64,000 bases of DNA from Phoronis australis. Its lineage: Eukaryota; Animalia; Phoronida. The stretch lies in contig NMRA01000048.1 in assembly GCA_002633005.1 (NCBI GenBank), forward strand, positions 186,001-250,000, read 5' to 3'. The notes beneath the pieces were generated by a model that was not told the DNA's origin, ran no database searches, and worked only from the letters and a program-made list of their open reading frames with translations. Every line of letters begins with the position of its first letter. Position 1 is the stretch's first letter. Of this stretch, positions 1 to 13,281 are shown piece after piece. The translations under genes and the position numbers were made by a program.

Positions 1-329
1 ATAGATCAGAAATAATCATTTTTTTAAGTTGGCGCATGTCTAAACAAGACTTTAAATCTCAACCTCCTCGTTTCTAAACAGTAGGCCTAATCTGCATCTA
101 CAGGTGACAAGCCGTTCCTCACAATATCGTTAAGTCTGGTCATAGGAACTCCTTAAAAATCCTTTAGAAATAGCACTCGCTTTCCGTTATGGGAAGCCCG
201 GTGAAAACACTGAACCATAAATGATATGATATTAAAATCCTTGAGGACCATGATGATGTATTAGCGCTTTGCTAAAACATGTATTATGCATATTGCACTG
301 TGTCTTCGTTAGATAAATTCAAAAATATT

Positions 330-445
330 TATAATAATAATAATAATGATAACGATACCGATAACGAGTAATAGCCGTGAAGCTAGTACTAGTAGTAATG
401 GTAGTAATAGCAGTACTTGTATTAATAGTAATGTAATTGTAATAA
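330..445. repeat. Degenerate (AAT/AGT)n microsatellite
   Basis: ataataataataataatgat...agtagtaatggtagtaatag. Confidence 0.8.
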
Positions 446-1129
446 AAACGATAAGGGATACTACAGATTCATTCCGTGTCAGCCCGGAGAGCATTTCTAT
501 AGAAGAGTTTAACGAAAAGTGCCACCCAATGGTTGTTTTTCACAGCAAAAAATACTCTCTAAAATGGTGCCATTTTCAGATAAATACTATCTAAAGGGTG
601 CCTTTTCTGAATTTCTGGAACAGAACTGTGCAAAAATATGAAGTTTTGCACAAAATTAGTCTCATAATGGGACAGTTTTTTGTCCGAGCCCACTCTCTAA
701 AGGGGTAGGTATCCAAATTTTTCGGGCCGCACCCCTCGTCTAAAAATACCACGTTCTTGATTTTGGTCATTTTTTTGTAATATGACATTGGTTTCATAAT
801 ATGTAACAATGATATATTTCTCTCAAGTGCATTCGACGTAAAATGTAACCACTTGTTACATTTTAGGAGAGGCTAAGCAACCTAAAATGAAACAGTGACG
901 TAAATTGTAACAGTTGTTACATTTTACGAAATTGTTACATTTTACGGCGTATCAAAGCCCGTTGCTTTCATTGACCTAGTTTTGGAATATCAGGCCCTCA
1001 TGTTTTCACAGGTCATATCAGTCGGAACCGTCGATATGGCCATGGAAATATTGCCGATTCAACCGTTTAAAAATACCGGAATTGAAGGGTATTTTTAAGA
1101 AAGGGGATGCCATTATGTTGACAATTATC

Positions 1130-1330
1130 TGAAGAACTTGTTTCATCCACTCGCTCCGCATTTTCTTGTCTTCGGTTGATGTCGGGAAGGCGACGAACTT
1201 GAAACGTGAGGCTACAAACGTGCTCGACGGATATGGCAGCATTGTGCGTAAATACAGCGAAATTCGTGTGTTCCTGTGTAATCCAGGACAGTCCTGTTGC
1301 GCATGTTTTCTCGTTCTCAACTTCAAATGA
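1130..1330 (-). pseudogene. Decayed THAP-domain fragment, probably DNA-transposon derived
   Basis: Frameshifted ...HVC / FKFVAFPTSTEDKKMRSEWMKQV matches the THAP F..FP....R..W pattern; no intact ORF. Confidence 0.4.
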
Positions 1331-1682
1331 TTCTCTGCAACCCTCGTCAGCCCTAAAAAGTTTAGAGCAAGTTTTAAAACTCCTTACAAATTCTGCTAAA
1401 CCGCCAAGCGTGACTAACACTTTAGGCGAGTCACGTGACAACTGTAGGGATGGACTACACATTTAAAAACCCCAGGACCCGTCATATGACAGAGCAAAGT
1501 TTGCTTAGCTGAAGACTGCTTTTATCACTCAAGCCGGAACTCAATAGGAACGGAATGATGATTGGCTGAAATCACTAAAACTTAGGATTTAGTAACCTCG
1601 TTAGATAGACATACATATTGCTGGTAATTTTAACTTAGTATAATTTGGCAGTAGTGCCTCTTTGATGCAGGTTTCGTTAAAA

Positions 1683-1783
1683 ATGATTCGACACTGATTG
1701 TTAGATAACTTGTTTCTGAATTTCTCGTACTGCTCGCTGAGAACTGCCTGAAACAAGTTATCGAACAATCAATGTCGAATCGT
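1683..1783. repeat. About 100-bp hairpin (MITE-like)
   Basis: attcgacactgattgttagataacttgtttc ... gaaacaagttatcgaacaatcaatgtcgaat, near-perfect 31-bp inverted repeat. Confidence 0.85.
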
Positions 1784-2402
1784 TGTTTTGCATTAATATT
1801 TCAAATGTACGCTTGGTATTCTATCGTCCTAGGTTTTGGATCTATTTTGTCATGAATTGTACATTAACATGTTCTTTCGACACGTATGTTTTATCTTTAG
1901 AAATAATAGAACGTTCTCAGTGCCACGGGTTACTCCTTCCAGATTTGGCACTGTGAAAGAGTGCCAGTAGTGGTTTTGTTCAAAGCCTGGGCTTGCGCGA
2001 GTTGATTTACGCACTTAAGTTTAGCAACCAACAGGTTGGAAATGAGGCGCTTTATTTCGTCAATTTTTTTAACAAAAATAAACATTTAGAAAAAAATACA
2101 TGGTGCAGCTTTCGTAAAGCAAATATAGGGAATTTGTTTCAGCTTTTTAAAGATGGAAAATAACAACTTTTGTATTTATTTTTGCGCGAAATGTTGTACT
2201 TGCATATTTTGAGAAATTTTGAGGTCTACCAAATCGTCATTGTTCAAAAATGTTCAAAACGCTCCTAAAAAAATTAAAGTTGATTCATCCGACAAATAAT
2301 TGCACAACTTATTCATGCCAAATATACTACTTTTGTTCATGCCTCACTTCCTGCGTTTTCAGGTAGTGTGACGTCACAAAATAAGTACGAGCACCGGGTA
2401 GA

Positions 2403-2528
2403 GTTCATTAATGCTAAGACCTCGCTAAAATCTAGCCAAAATCACGTGTTCTCATTTAAAATACAAGGCAATATCTCGCGTAATCTCGTGAAGTTTTGCA
2501 TTTTATTGAGGTCCTAGCTTTACTGAAC
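2403..2528 (+). mobile_element. MITE family A, copy 1
   Basis: TIR gttca.taa.gcta.gacct / aggtcctagc.ttactgaac; internal aaaatcacg.gttctcatt..aaatac..ggcaatatctc.cgtaatctcg shared with 4278 and 21051. Confidence 0.8.
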
Positions 2529-2678
2529 TTTTCTCTGATCCTGCCAAAAGACATCAAAAAATCAAGTGAACTTTTCAAAATTCGAAGACCATCAAGAATT
2601 TAAACAAAATGTTATAATCCAGTTCATGACCCGATGAATTGAAAATATATAATGCATAACACAGAAAACGAACACTAA

Positions 2679-3012
2679 CGGGACATTATCGGTTTTAAGG
2701 GCAAAAAAGCATTCTTGGAATCGTTGTTGGATGGGATAGGCATCTTGAAATTAATAACTTCTACCAGAGCTATTGTATAAAACACCAAAATCCGTTGTGT
2801 TTTTTGTTATTTGACTACGAATCGCCATTACAATCGTTTGTCAAAAAACAAAGCCGGTGACTTTACCAGCATATCCTTGAAATACTCTGCCATTTATGAA
2901 GTGGAGCATAGCTCCGCTAGCAGAGCAAAAGACTATGAACGTGAGAGCTGCACGTTCTATTCCACGCTGACGCTGAACTCAGAAAATCAGTTTTCTCGCC
3001 AATAATGTCCCC
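2679..3012 (+). mobile_element. TTAA-flanked non-autonomous DNA transposon (Kolobok-like), family B copy 1
   Basis: TIR gggacattat/ataatgtccc + ttaa; internally homologous to 36998-37335. Confidence 0.65.
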
Positions 3013-4277
3013 TTAATTTGAACTGTTCTTTCAACTTGTTTTCACTTAAAGCAAGAATCCTGGATTTACTGGCAGACAATCGAGCATTGCACAAAGGTGT
3101 CTCCTACTCCTTTAAGCTCCGTCTTACTTGTGAATGCATGAAAGGGAATGTATGAGAACCTAGGCATTGTAATAGCGATTTCTGGGGATCATATTTATTA
3201 TTTATTATTTATTTATAAAAACACAAGGCAAGAACGTTGTGTTTTATGCACCATGCGAGCACTGCAAAAGAAATGGTTTTGTACGAAACATGCCAGTTGT
3301 TTGCAGGAATAAAGTTATTCTACTAAAAAACAAGTTCGCAAGCACTAATTTAAAAAAGTTCATCACTCCCGGTCGATAATGTCCGTCTACGTCGTTCTGA
3401 CCTCTACGCGCAACACCAATTGTCATCCGTAAATGACCAGGAACTGACGTAAAATTAACAGTATAGACGCAAATGCAAATTAAAGCTCTTTGACTGATTG
3501 TCGAGCTGGGGTTCACCGGAAACTAAACTTTGAATTTATTCAGTGAGCAACTTCCTCCGCCAGCCACTGTGTTCATCAACTTTTAATCAGCTACTGTCGC
3601 TCTGATTGTCTAGTGGTTACACTGCAAAGAGAAAAGGGGTAATTTTACAAGTCATTTCAAGCAACTTTAAAGTCATATACATTGTAATAAAAACGCTAAA
3701 TAGCACTTAGAAGGGGTTTCGAACCGGAAATAAACTGTCCTCAGGAGAACACTATTTCGTAGTTAACCTTATAGTCACTGAGTCTCAATTAAATCATAAA
3801 CATGATGAGCTTCAAAACTTAGAAATAATTCACAACTATTTATGAACCCATACTCAGCATCACGAAGAACGCTGATGCATTCAGGTACATATTGAATAAT
3901 TAACTTAAAGCAACAAAAAACTATTCCGTCGAATAATCAAACTTTTGACTTATACCACTTTGCGCTAGGAAAAGGATCACAAGTAAATTCTTACTCAGAA
4001 TAATAAAACAAAATCTTACTCAGATAATATGTTATTTCTGGGCCGAACTGGATGTTCGCCACTGCTTGAGAACATGTTCAGTGCATAAAATGATGCAGTC
4101 TGACGAGAAGCCAGTTCTGTGCAATCGAATAAATACCGTTTAATTTATGTAAGGAAATAGTTGAGACCAATTTCATAACTTTAACTAAGTGCGCAAAATG
4201 GAAAGTCATTTGCTTTGACGGAAAGCGAGTTTACTGCAACTTTAAATAATCGATTCCAACAACGAGTCCTGTGTACA

Positions 4278-4413
4278 GTTCAGTAACGCTAAGACCTATG
4301 CTAGATCCTCGTTATAATCTACCCAAAATCACGCGTTCTCATTCAAAATACACGGCAATATCTCACGTAATCTCGCGAAGTCTTGTTTTTTAGCGAAGTC
4401 CTAGAGTTACTGA
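4278..4413 (+). mobile_element. MITE family A, copy 2
   Basis: Aligns by eye with 2403-2528. Confidence 0.8.
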
Positions 4414-6312
4414 TGTCTAACCAGATGAAGGAAAAAGGCATGTCAGCTGTTCAACGTTTACGCGAGGCAATATGAACGACAACACAAGCCGAGAAATACG
4501 CCAATATCAAGTCGACGCGTGATTAGTTGTACGGTCACGTAGCACAATTATAAATTTTCAAGTATTTAAGACGTTTTAAAAGTTTATTTGAATTTACAAT
4601 CTTTCTCCGACATTTTGCAAATTATCACCAAATGTGTTTTCTCTAATAAACCTTCCGACGAGAGAGCGCTTTTGATTTTCGTGAATTATGTAACTAAGTA
4701 AACTTTGAAAGGCACGCATTTTGTGGATTATTTTAGGTAGAATTGACCTCCTAAAGTTATTAGCTATGACTAGAGCTACTAACTGAAATGGAGGAGGCGA
4801 CCTCATCAGCTGTAACAGTTTCATTGTCAGACGCCGTTAAAATCGTTGACGCGGGCAGTGGTGCTGATCAAAATCGGCGTGAAAAAAACCCAAGGGCTAA
4901 TCTCATGAGCGTATGTGAGAAAAAAAGGCTAAGAGCCGAAGCACACATTAGTGGAGCAATTTCTCTACAATAAGCATTTGGGAACGAAATCGAGTGTTGA
5001 ACTGTCGTGTTAGATGAGTTGAACACTTTCAGAAATGTCAAGTTTTGGTAGACTGTAGTGTGGATTTGCATTCCTTTGCAAAAATTGCAGGACATTCATG
5101 CTTACTTTTGATTTTTTTGCTTACGTTTAAAAGTGCACACCTAAAAGTGCTTTTTAAAAGCTTACATTGTTTTCAGTTGTTGACTAATTAATCGATTGAA
5201 ATCCATCATTGAATCTAAACAAGTTCTCGGCATAGTTATAAAAGTACAAAACTCGATTTCTAAAATGGGCAAATCAGCTTCGAAACCTGATAACCTGATA
5301 ATTATCATTGCTAACCTACGTGGTTTGGAGCTGTATTGCCAGAGTACTTTGTCTTTCTGCTTGAAGTCTAGAATGACGTGAGTTTGTTAAGTGACACCTG
5401 AGAGTCACGTGGCTCAACAACGGGGAATCGAGAGTCACTGGCCTCGCAGATTTTTGCAAAAACATAAGTTACAATAAACGCATTCACGTAAGAAAATCCT
5501 AGTACTTTTATGAAGAAGCTCTGAACACCTGTTGAAGTGTTGTGTGGGCTAAAGTCGAGTAATTCTGTCCAACTTTGGATATTTTAATTATGGTTCATTA
5601 TCTTTCAGCGAGACAAGAAGAAAGTAATTCGTAACTCGTATTTAATAAAGTGATCGGATGCCAGTTTTTAAGGAACTCCGTTAGTTTACTACATTTGGTT
5701 AGTGAAGTGATGGACATACTCAAAGCTATATAAGAAATACCAGACCAAAAATTCTGAAAATTCTACGGCGAAACCTTCGCTCCCTGAACTTTTTCTTTTC
5801 TACGTTTCAGGCCGACAGAAGCTCACGTGATTTGAGCTCTTCTTCAATTTCATTTTTGAACTAACAAGAATCGGGTGGTCTCTGAAATATTCGTTTAAGT
5901 GGCCGGGTTCGAGACAGTCGTAAAGCAGTAGCTGTTGCTTTACGACACTTACTAATTTATAGCCTTATGAGTATTATTTTCTACTCCAAATAACTTTAGG
6001 ATACCAATCTCATTATTACTGATATTCTAAAGTACATTATATCGTGGCACATAAAGTAAGCCATAAAATTGTTTTTCTAGTTTGACACCTTTATCAGTAG
6101 TCAACTTCACAACAGTAGGCTGCAGAAACATTTTTACGTTTTCTCCAGCTTCAGTACATTGTGAGTGACTCTACTAATTTTTTTTCTGATGTCTTCCAGT
6201 TTCTGTTGATTTTCATTCATGCGTTCTGTCAAACTAAGATCTCTCCAGCATCGAAATAATACTGTAGATTTTTAATTTCATTTCCAAAAACACTAGCTGC
6301 ATGTGATTGACA

Positions 6313-6390
6313 TCAACCGGATGAGATATCCGATTGGTTTATACGCCGGAAGTCGTCATCAAGAACCAGTCAGATGTCTTAACCGGTTGA
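6313..6390. repeat. Imperfect hairpin, centre of a decayed fold-back element (about 6100-6600)
   Basis: tcaaccggatgagatatccgattggtt ... aaccagtcagatgtcttaaccggttga. Confidence 0.65.
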
Positions 6391-6761
6391 GCCGGCGGAA
6401 CCGGGGAAGTCTATCAAGTGCAACCAATGTTTGCCTGGCTTTTTTACTTTTCTTATGCACGGTATATTGTATTGCAAATTCTCACAAGTTTCGAAGATCA
6501 ATTGATGATTAATATGAAAAATTTTATGCTGTTTCTGCCATTAAAGCTACTTTTTCAACTAGAGACATCACAGCCTCACTGATGAAAAAATCTAATCTGC
6601 CCATTTTACCAGATTCATCAAATTGCAGGGATCCGTTTGAAGCGTTTTTTGTGCTGTTTCTATCGTGAAAGTTATTTTTTAATTAAAAACTTCACAAGCT
6701 CACTAATAAGAAAAAAATCCATTATTTGGTCATTTTGACAGATTTTTCTTCTTCCAAGTGT

Positions 6762-6820
6762 ATTACACATGCGCCGGGGGCCAATCACTGATTACACATG
6801 CGCCGAGGACCAATCACTGA
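6762..6820. repeat. 29-bp tandem duplication
   Basis: attacacatgcgccg.gg.ccaatcactg x2. Confidence 0.9.
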
Positions 6821-7509
6821 ATAATCAATCATCATCTTAACAATCGTTATCCTTGACAGTCGCATGGTTTATATTTAGCAGTCGATATCGAAACTCTGAA
6901 ATAAAATTCAGTCGTGGCAAATTAACTAAGTTGTGAATTTGATTTACTAACAACATTCTCAGTCTTGCTGTAAAATATCTGGTCATCACTATTTGGATCA
7001 TGCAACTTTATAAGGTAACTAATAAACTTTTTCAAAATTATTATCTCCCTGTATTAGACTTCCCACAGCTCAGGTAGCAATCAAAATATTAAAATCTCAT
7101 GGGTTTCTTGTTTCCTTTGCGTCACTTTCAACGGCAGTCAGGTATCGCCGTAATCAAAAAAAAAAACACGTAGGGGTCGTGAAATGAACACAGGCAAATT
7201 GGCTTACTGGGAGCATTTGATTAACTTCGCGAAGTCAACCAAATACTTCCAGAAAGAAACCAGTGCTACTAACGTATGCCAGCTTTGCTCGTAGTTTTCT
7301 CGAGCAACGGTTTTCAAAGAAATTTGGAATATTCTGCCTTCATAGTTGTCTCAAAACAGACCACAATCATCCTCTGTTCTGCTCTGTTCACGTTTCCTTC
7401 ACAAATATTTGCAATCCCAAACCAAAGAAATCTGTCGTTAATAAAAGCTGGTTCCAAGAACTACTCCTTCGTCCGTTTCCGCCTCCGCCACATAGAGGAC
7501 TAAGCCCAC

Positions 7510-8160
7510 ATTACCAGTGCCAGATTTTGACCTTGTCACTGGTCTGAGTCAGTCAAAGCCCTTGTTGACACAGCTGTCTCGGACACCTGTAAAAAAGCAT
7601 AATTGACCGAAAGCACAGTCTATGGGGTTTCTCAAAATTAAAGAAATTCAACAAAGCCATGTCTCTTTACCTTTCTACATCCACCGTGAAAAAATTCGAG
7701 ATGCCAAAAATGACCAAGAAAGTGCGATTTTGGCCAGTCCATACTTTACCTGAAATCACAAATTCACGATTGCCCCGGGCAAGAAATAGGACCATCTTCC
7801 GAATGCTTTTTCATTCTAGATTTCAGAAATTTTGTTTAAAACATGTCAATATAAATCAAGATTTTTGACAATTTCCACTTGTCTGAAGGGTACCTAGATT
7901 CGCGCCAAGAATTCAACACTCAACAAGGATGTGCTCTCAAAATGGCGGCACTTCCGTATCCTGGTGCCGGACAATAGCAGAGGCCAAAGTTCTGGACTCA
8001 CTTTATTCAAAACAACTTCAAGGAACTACTAAACACCATCTGTGGCAACCACTTCCTATTTCAGTAGTCCACAAAACTGACGTCAAACCCCACCCACCCC
8101 ATTTTACTCATTTTGGGGAGCTGCAAGGGCCTATACCGGAATTTTAGACCAAAACCCTTA
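7510..8160 (+). mobile_element. Interspersed repeat family C, copy 1
   Basis: Homologous in reverse complement to 10302-10730 and 9610-9807; contains caaaatggcggcacttccg. Confidence 0.8.
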
Positions 8161-9609
8161 AAGGATCACCCTCGATTCCAAATCCCAGGCAAGTAATAAC
8201 TAGGCCAGCATGCTTACTTTTGACGTTGTTTCTCAGATCATTAACTTTACGGCAGATACACTTTTGATAAAATGGTGCTGGAAACAAGAGATTTATCAGG
8301 ATCGTGTTGACATTTCCTCATAAGCTGCCGATTTCTTTGATCGCCCGACTTTTACTGTGTTCGTTAGCACCTGGTTTTGTTTTTTGGTTCATTTTGGCCT
8401 TGCAATTACCACGACTAACGTTTTGATTTGCAAAATTTGGTAGCAGGTTATGAGTCCAAGTGCACACAATTGTTTTCTGTTGTTATTGAATACTAAGGTA
8501 ATTTTCCTATCTTTTTTCTTTGAGAAGAAACATTTACTGTGTGACATTTGGCAAATTGAGAAATTTAATTGGCGAAGATCACCAAAAAGTCTTTGACTCA
8601 GCGATTCATTAATCAGTCAAATACTGAAAACATCGACCAACTCAAAAATAATTTCAGCTTTACGCCACCAAAAACCGCGAGCTCGATAAGTGACTGTCGC
8701 CGGTAAATCGATTTGTCTCCGCCACGGTTACAATAAAATTGATTGACGACTTTTTAAGAAGTGAAATATGTTCAATAAAATCGCGAAAGCACTATAGATT
8801 CTGCTGTTTTATGACGCCTAAACCTTTGTTTAGGCTCATTACCGACGTTTTTTAAAAAAACGAACCACTATGTGGGCAGATATTTTTTCGATAAGTCACA
8901 ATGACACCGATGCTCGTTTCAGTAAATGCTGTGTGTGTGTTTTGTTGAAAATCAAAATATTTGTTTGTACAAAAAGCATTCTTTCTATTTCAACATGTAT
9001 TAGATGATGACTTCAACATTTTAAAAAATTAATACCTTCACTTAAAAAAATGGTAACGTAGCTGGATACGAAGATATGAAGACCTTCACTCGCGTTACCT
9101 TATGTTCTTTCCTTTGCATGGGTGCACAGTGGGTGTTTTGCGGGCAAGAAAAATGTGATTATTTTTGGAAGTTCGTTTCCTTATCGTCTAGTTCCCCCAG
9201 CAAATCAATGCGCATGTTTCTGAGATATTGAGAATTACACTTGAGATCTTATGGAATAAGGAAAAGTATTCACCGTGTCACAAGTCGATAGATTCAATTA
9301 TGTCTAATGGCGTGTCTCGGTGCCAGGAAACCCCATACAAATTCAACATGAGACGACACTATTGGAGGAAAAAACATATTGAGGCGCTCAGTGCATGTCA
9401 ATATCTACTATATGAACGTGCGTACGTCGTGGTGAATGTTTCGTTCATCAATCCACTTCAAATGCTAGTAAATAGAAAATCTTTAAAGATAAAAGCTACT
9501 GGTCAAAGTGAGTTACCCAATATATTTATCTACAACTGCACATCTACACGCAGGCACACACCTATCCAAAAACGCGTTTTCACGGAATGATATGCCAACT
9601 GCACTAGAT

Positions 9610-10730
9610 TGATCCACTAGGTGGGGCTCCGTTTGGCGATTCAGGCCTTTGTAGGTCCGCCAAACATGAAGAAAATGAGATGGGTCGGGTTTGACGGCAG
9701 GTTTTTGGACTAAATGGGACGTGATTGCCACGAATGGTATTCAGTGGTTCCTTGAAGTTGTTTTGAGTAAACTGAGTCCAGAAATTTGTCCTCTGCCTTT
9801 GTCTGATCCCGCATTCCCGCATTAGGCAAATCTTTCGCCTAAAGGAATTGCATGCAAGTGGACGAAAAAGCGTGCACAGTTTACTCCAGAGTATTCAGTG
9901 AATTCCTCGGCACATCAAATGCTTGATGGCATCGTCACGGATTGAAGTGAGCCAGTCGCACTTGATGGGTTCGGCTGAATGTGTATTAGACGAGATAATT
10001 GCTGTCGTAAACGAACGCGCCTGTTAAGCGTTCGAGTTTCAAAGTCAAAAATCGAACAATAAGTAAGGAAAACGACCAACATGTCTGTTTTTAAAATTGA
10101 AAACTAAATACTAGCCGTCTTTGATTTTTTAATCGATGCATTATTGGAGAAATTAGCGAATAGGTATTTTTCAGCATCGCGGCTAAGCCACAAGCATGAA
10201 TTTGTGAGTCGATTAGGACAGATTAGTCTCAGCCGGTCTGGCTTAAGCTCTTTTAGGCGTTGGGGTAACAAAACCCCAAATGTTATCGTAGTAGTTACTT
10301 CTTGTCCGATACGGAAGTGCCGCCATTTTGAGAGCACAACCTTTTTTAAGTGTTGAATTCTTAGTGCGAATCCAGGTACCCTTCAGACGAGTGGAAATTG
10401 TCAAAATCTGGTGGGTATTGACATATTTTAAACTACGTTAGAGAATCTAGAGTGAAAGACTATGCGGATTATGGTCTTCTCTCTTAAAAAGGGGCAGTTA
10501 TGAATTTGTCACTTTAGGTACAAGAATCCCAAAATTACCCTTTTTGACATCTCAATTTTCCGGTGGACGTAGCAAGGTAAAAATACATGGTTTTATAAAA
10601 TTTCTTCGTCTTTGAGAAACCCCATGGAGTGTACTTTCTGTTAGTTATGCCTTTTTTCAGGTGTCTTGAGACAGCTGTGTAAACAAGGGCTTTCCTTGAC
10701 CTAGGTCAGGGATAAGGTCAAAATCAACCA
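9610..10730 (-). mobile_element. Interspersed repeat family C, copy 2 (inverted; 494-bp extra segment at 9808-10301)
   Basis: Two blocks match copy 1; extra segment flanked by ttgtctgat/ttgtccgat. Confidence 0.75.
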
Positions 10731-12135
10731 CTCGAACTAAGAACTTACTAAGAGAAGTCAAATATGTCGCTGCGACATTTTGTCAATCCTCTGAATGAAA
10801 TAGTTCGGGGTGTGGATGTTCAAATTTCAAAGTTTGAATCCATATGATTGTAAAATATGTTTTAAGCCTTCACTGCTGCGTCAAAAAATACACGAACAAG
10901 TGAGTTTTTGTGTAATTTCATAATCAGTGCTGCTATCGAAATCTTTTTTGTGGCACAAAGAAGACAGAATTTAATTCTAAACTCGATTTTAAGCCTAAAA
11001 ATGAACTCGTTAACACAATATGAAACACTTAAGATTTTTCAAACGACTAATTGTATTTTTCGTGATTTTAAAACAGTTCCTTTTGTTTCATTTTCTCTCC
11101 TTACAAATACACGGGTGAATTCTTAAAAAATCCCGTCATTTTGTTATCGTTGAATGAGTGCCGTTGGTGTCAGCACTAGTATGTTTTGCTCAGTAACATC
11201 TATGTGATCAAAAGTAAACATGTCCAAGGCTGTAGCATCCATTTCGTGCACTTTCTGAACCAAGTTCATAGGTGAAGGTCAATCAAATAATCCTTGTCCT
11301 GTTTGGTTTGACACGCTATGTTTAATCTATCCAGGTTTTGCCCACTTAATAACATGACAACCAAATTCTCACAGAACTAACCTGGTAAACGTGGACTGAT
11401 TTTGTTCATTGAAACGCTGTTATGCTTGGCTACAATTTCATGATCTCACCCAGGTGCATTCGGGGGGCTCGTAGCGGTTGTGTAACCATAGTTGTCCATT
11501 GTGGTTCTACAAGCCAGCCGAGGTTTACCCGCCCCGTTTGGCGGTTTTTATGAGTTCAGAGGATGTAGATAGTGTACATGGAACGGATATACAAGCAGAT
11601 GTCGGTACTGTTTGTGCTGGTGTAACTTATTTTGTCGAAAATATCAATCTCAGAGAAACTGCAGTGCCTTGGCCTGTGATGCTTCAAGAGTATGAGCTCA
11701 AACGTCTGTATCCGCTTCGGAATCAACGTGAACGTGTTTGTGCTTGTGTTTGTGTTTGTGTTTGTGAGTACAAAATGCATTTGTAATGAATTTACTGGTG
11801 AAAAGACACTTCGTCAAAAAGACATTGTGTTTAAATCTTGAAATGTGAATGTATGCAACTGAGAATCTATAAACGAAGAGTGTAAAATCAATTATTCTTG
11901 TCTGAAAGAAATGCATAAGATGACGTCATTAACATTATTCAGCGTTTATCTACAGAAAATAAAGTTACCGATGTTTAGGAAGATGGCAACAAAAGATAAA
12001 TTTGTCGTGTTTTCCTTTTTCATTGTTGTGCTGTTCGCTAAGCTGCATATTGATACTGGGTCGTGAGTTTTACAGTGGATACGTTTTCCCGTCAATTTCA
12101 AATTGCCTCTGTCTAAAAGAAAAAGTATATATTAA

Positions 12136-12649
12136 GGTTACATAAGACCTTGTCGACAAGACTGTTCGTTTATCCAAATATCTACAAATTATAGAATTAA
12201 ACTCACCAAAAGTACATTTTTTTTCTGAAAGTAGAATTTATGTAGAATTCGATTTTTGGCTTTATATTACTCTGTAATCAATGAGGTGACGTAAACATGC
12301 TTTTTAGAAAAGTTAGGTAAAAAACAAAGGTATATTCGTTGCAATTAACAGCAGGATCAATAACATGATTGAGCAATGAACAAATTTCGTATGACCTAAA
12401 TGTCCAAGATAGATTCTTAAAAACGCCATTATACTTTTCTAAGATACTGTTTCGTTTTTGTTTTGTACGACCTTTAAATGTTTTCATAAAAATCATAAGT
12501 CTTATTTTGACAGCTCTTTGTGCATAAATGGAACAGCGTTTGGTAGAAGCGTGTGCATAAAGCATAGTATGTCAAGGATTCATGTGAATCCAACATGCTA
12601 TTTCTGAGATACGATGTTCCAAAGTTGGCTAAAATTGGACATTGTAACT
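12136..12649. mobile_element. TTAA-flanked non-autonomous element (Kolobok-like)
   Basis: ttaa|ggttaca ... tgtaact|ttaa short TIRs. Confidence 0.45.
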
Positions 12650-13040
12650 TTAATACTGAAACACGACGCTATTGGAACATTTCAATTAGGTTTTTGCGTT
12701 TCCTTGCCAATTATTCTGTAATTATGTAGCTTTAGCATTGTTCAATCAGTCTAAGTCGGTAAGCGCACATGTATCAACAGGAAACGCTCGAACTGCACAT
12801 CTTAATTTTTACATTTATGCCAATAAGAGCACACTTGCGCTAGTGTTGGCTTACGTAAATGACACGTTTATTGTGATGCATACAGAGAGTCTAGGTTCGT
12901 ACGTGCACGGCTTTGCTGAATGCTTCATTCGAGGCTTCGAAACATTACAAAAACAGAATAGCGCATAAAAGTGATAAGTCACTGCAAAAGTATGCCCCGT
13001 AGTTTCTCGGTAATCTCTCGCATAACAGCAAAATCATGCG

Positions 13041-13281
13041 CATGGGCGGACCCGGGGGGATCGGGAGGCTCGAACGAGACCCCAATTTGGCGAATTGGGC
13101 AAAAAGGTCCGCCTCAGCGAAACAATAAGTCCGAGAAAAGGAGACAAAAATCCACAAAGTCCACAGGAATTAGGCCTGAATCTAGTGGACCCGTTTTTAG
13201 TCCTCGCTGATTTTTTTCAGTAAAAGGTCCGCAAAACCGAAAAATTCGAGCTCCCTATAATTTAAGCTGGGTGCGCGCATG
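13041..13281 (+). mobile_element. MITE family D, copy 1
   Basis: catgggcggacccgg ... ctgggtgcgcgcatg; flanked by atgcg/atgcg; homologous to 17337-17578. Confidence 0.8.

Noticed and set aside
309-594. Hydrophobic and Ser/Asn-rich ORFs
   Set aside because: Translation artefacts of a trinucleotide microsatellite.
2906-2975. tRNA-like sequence (tagctccgctagcagagca...gttctattcc)
   Set aside because: No convincing cloverleaf; lies inside the family B transposon.
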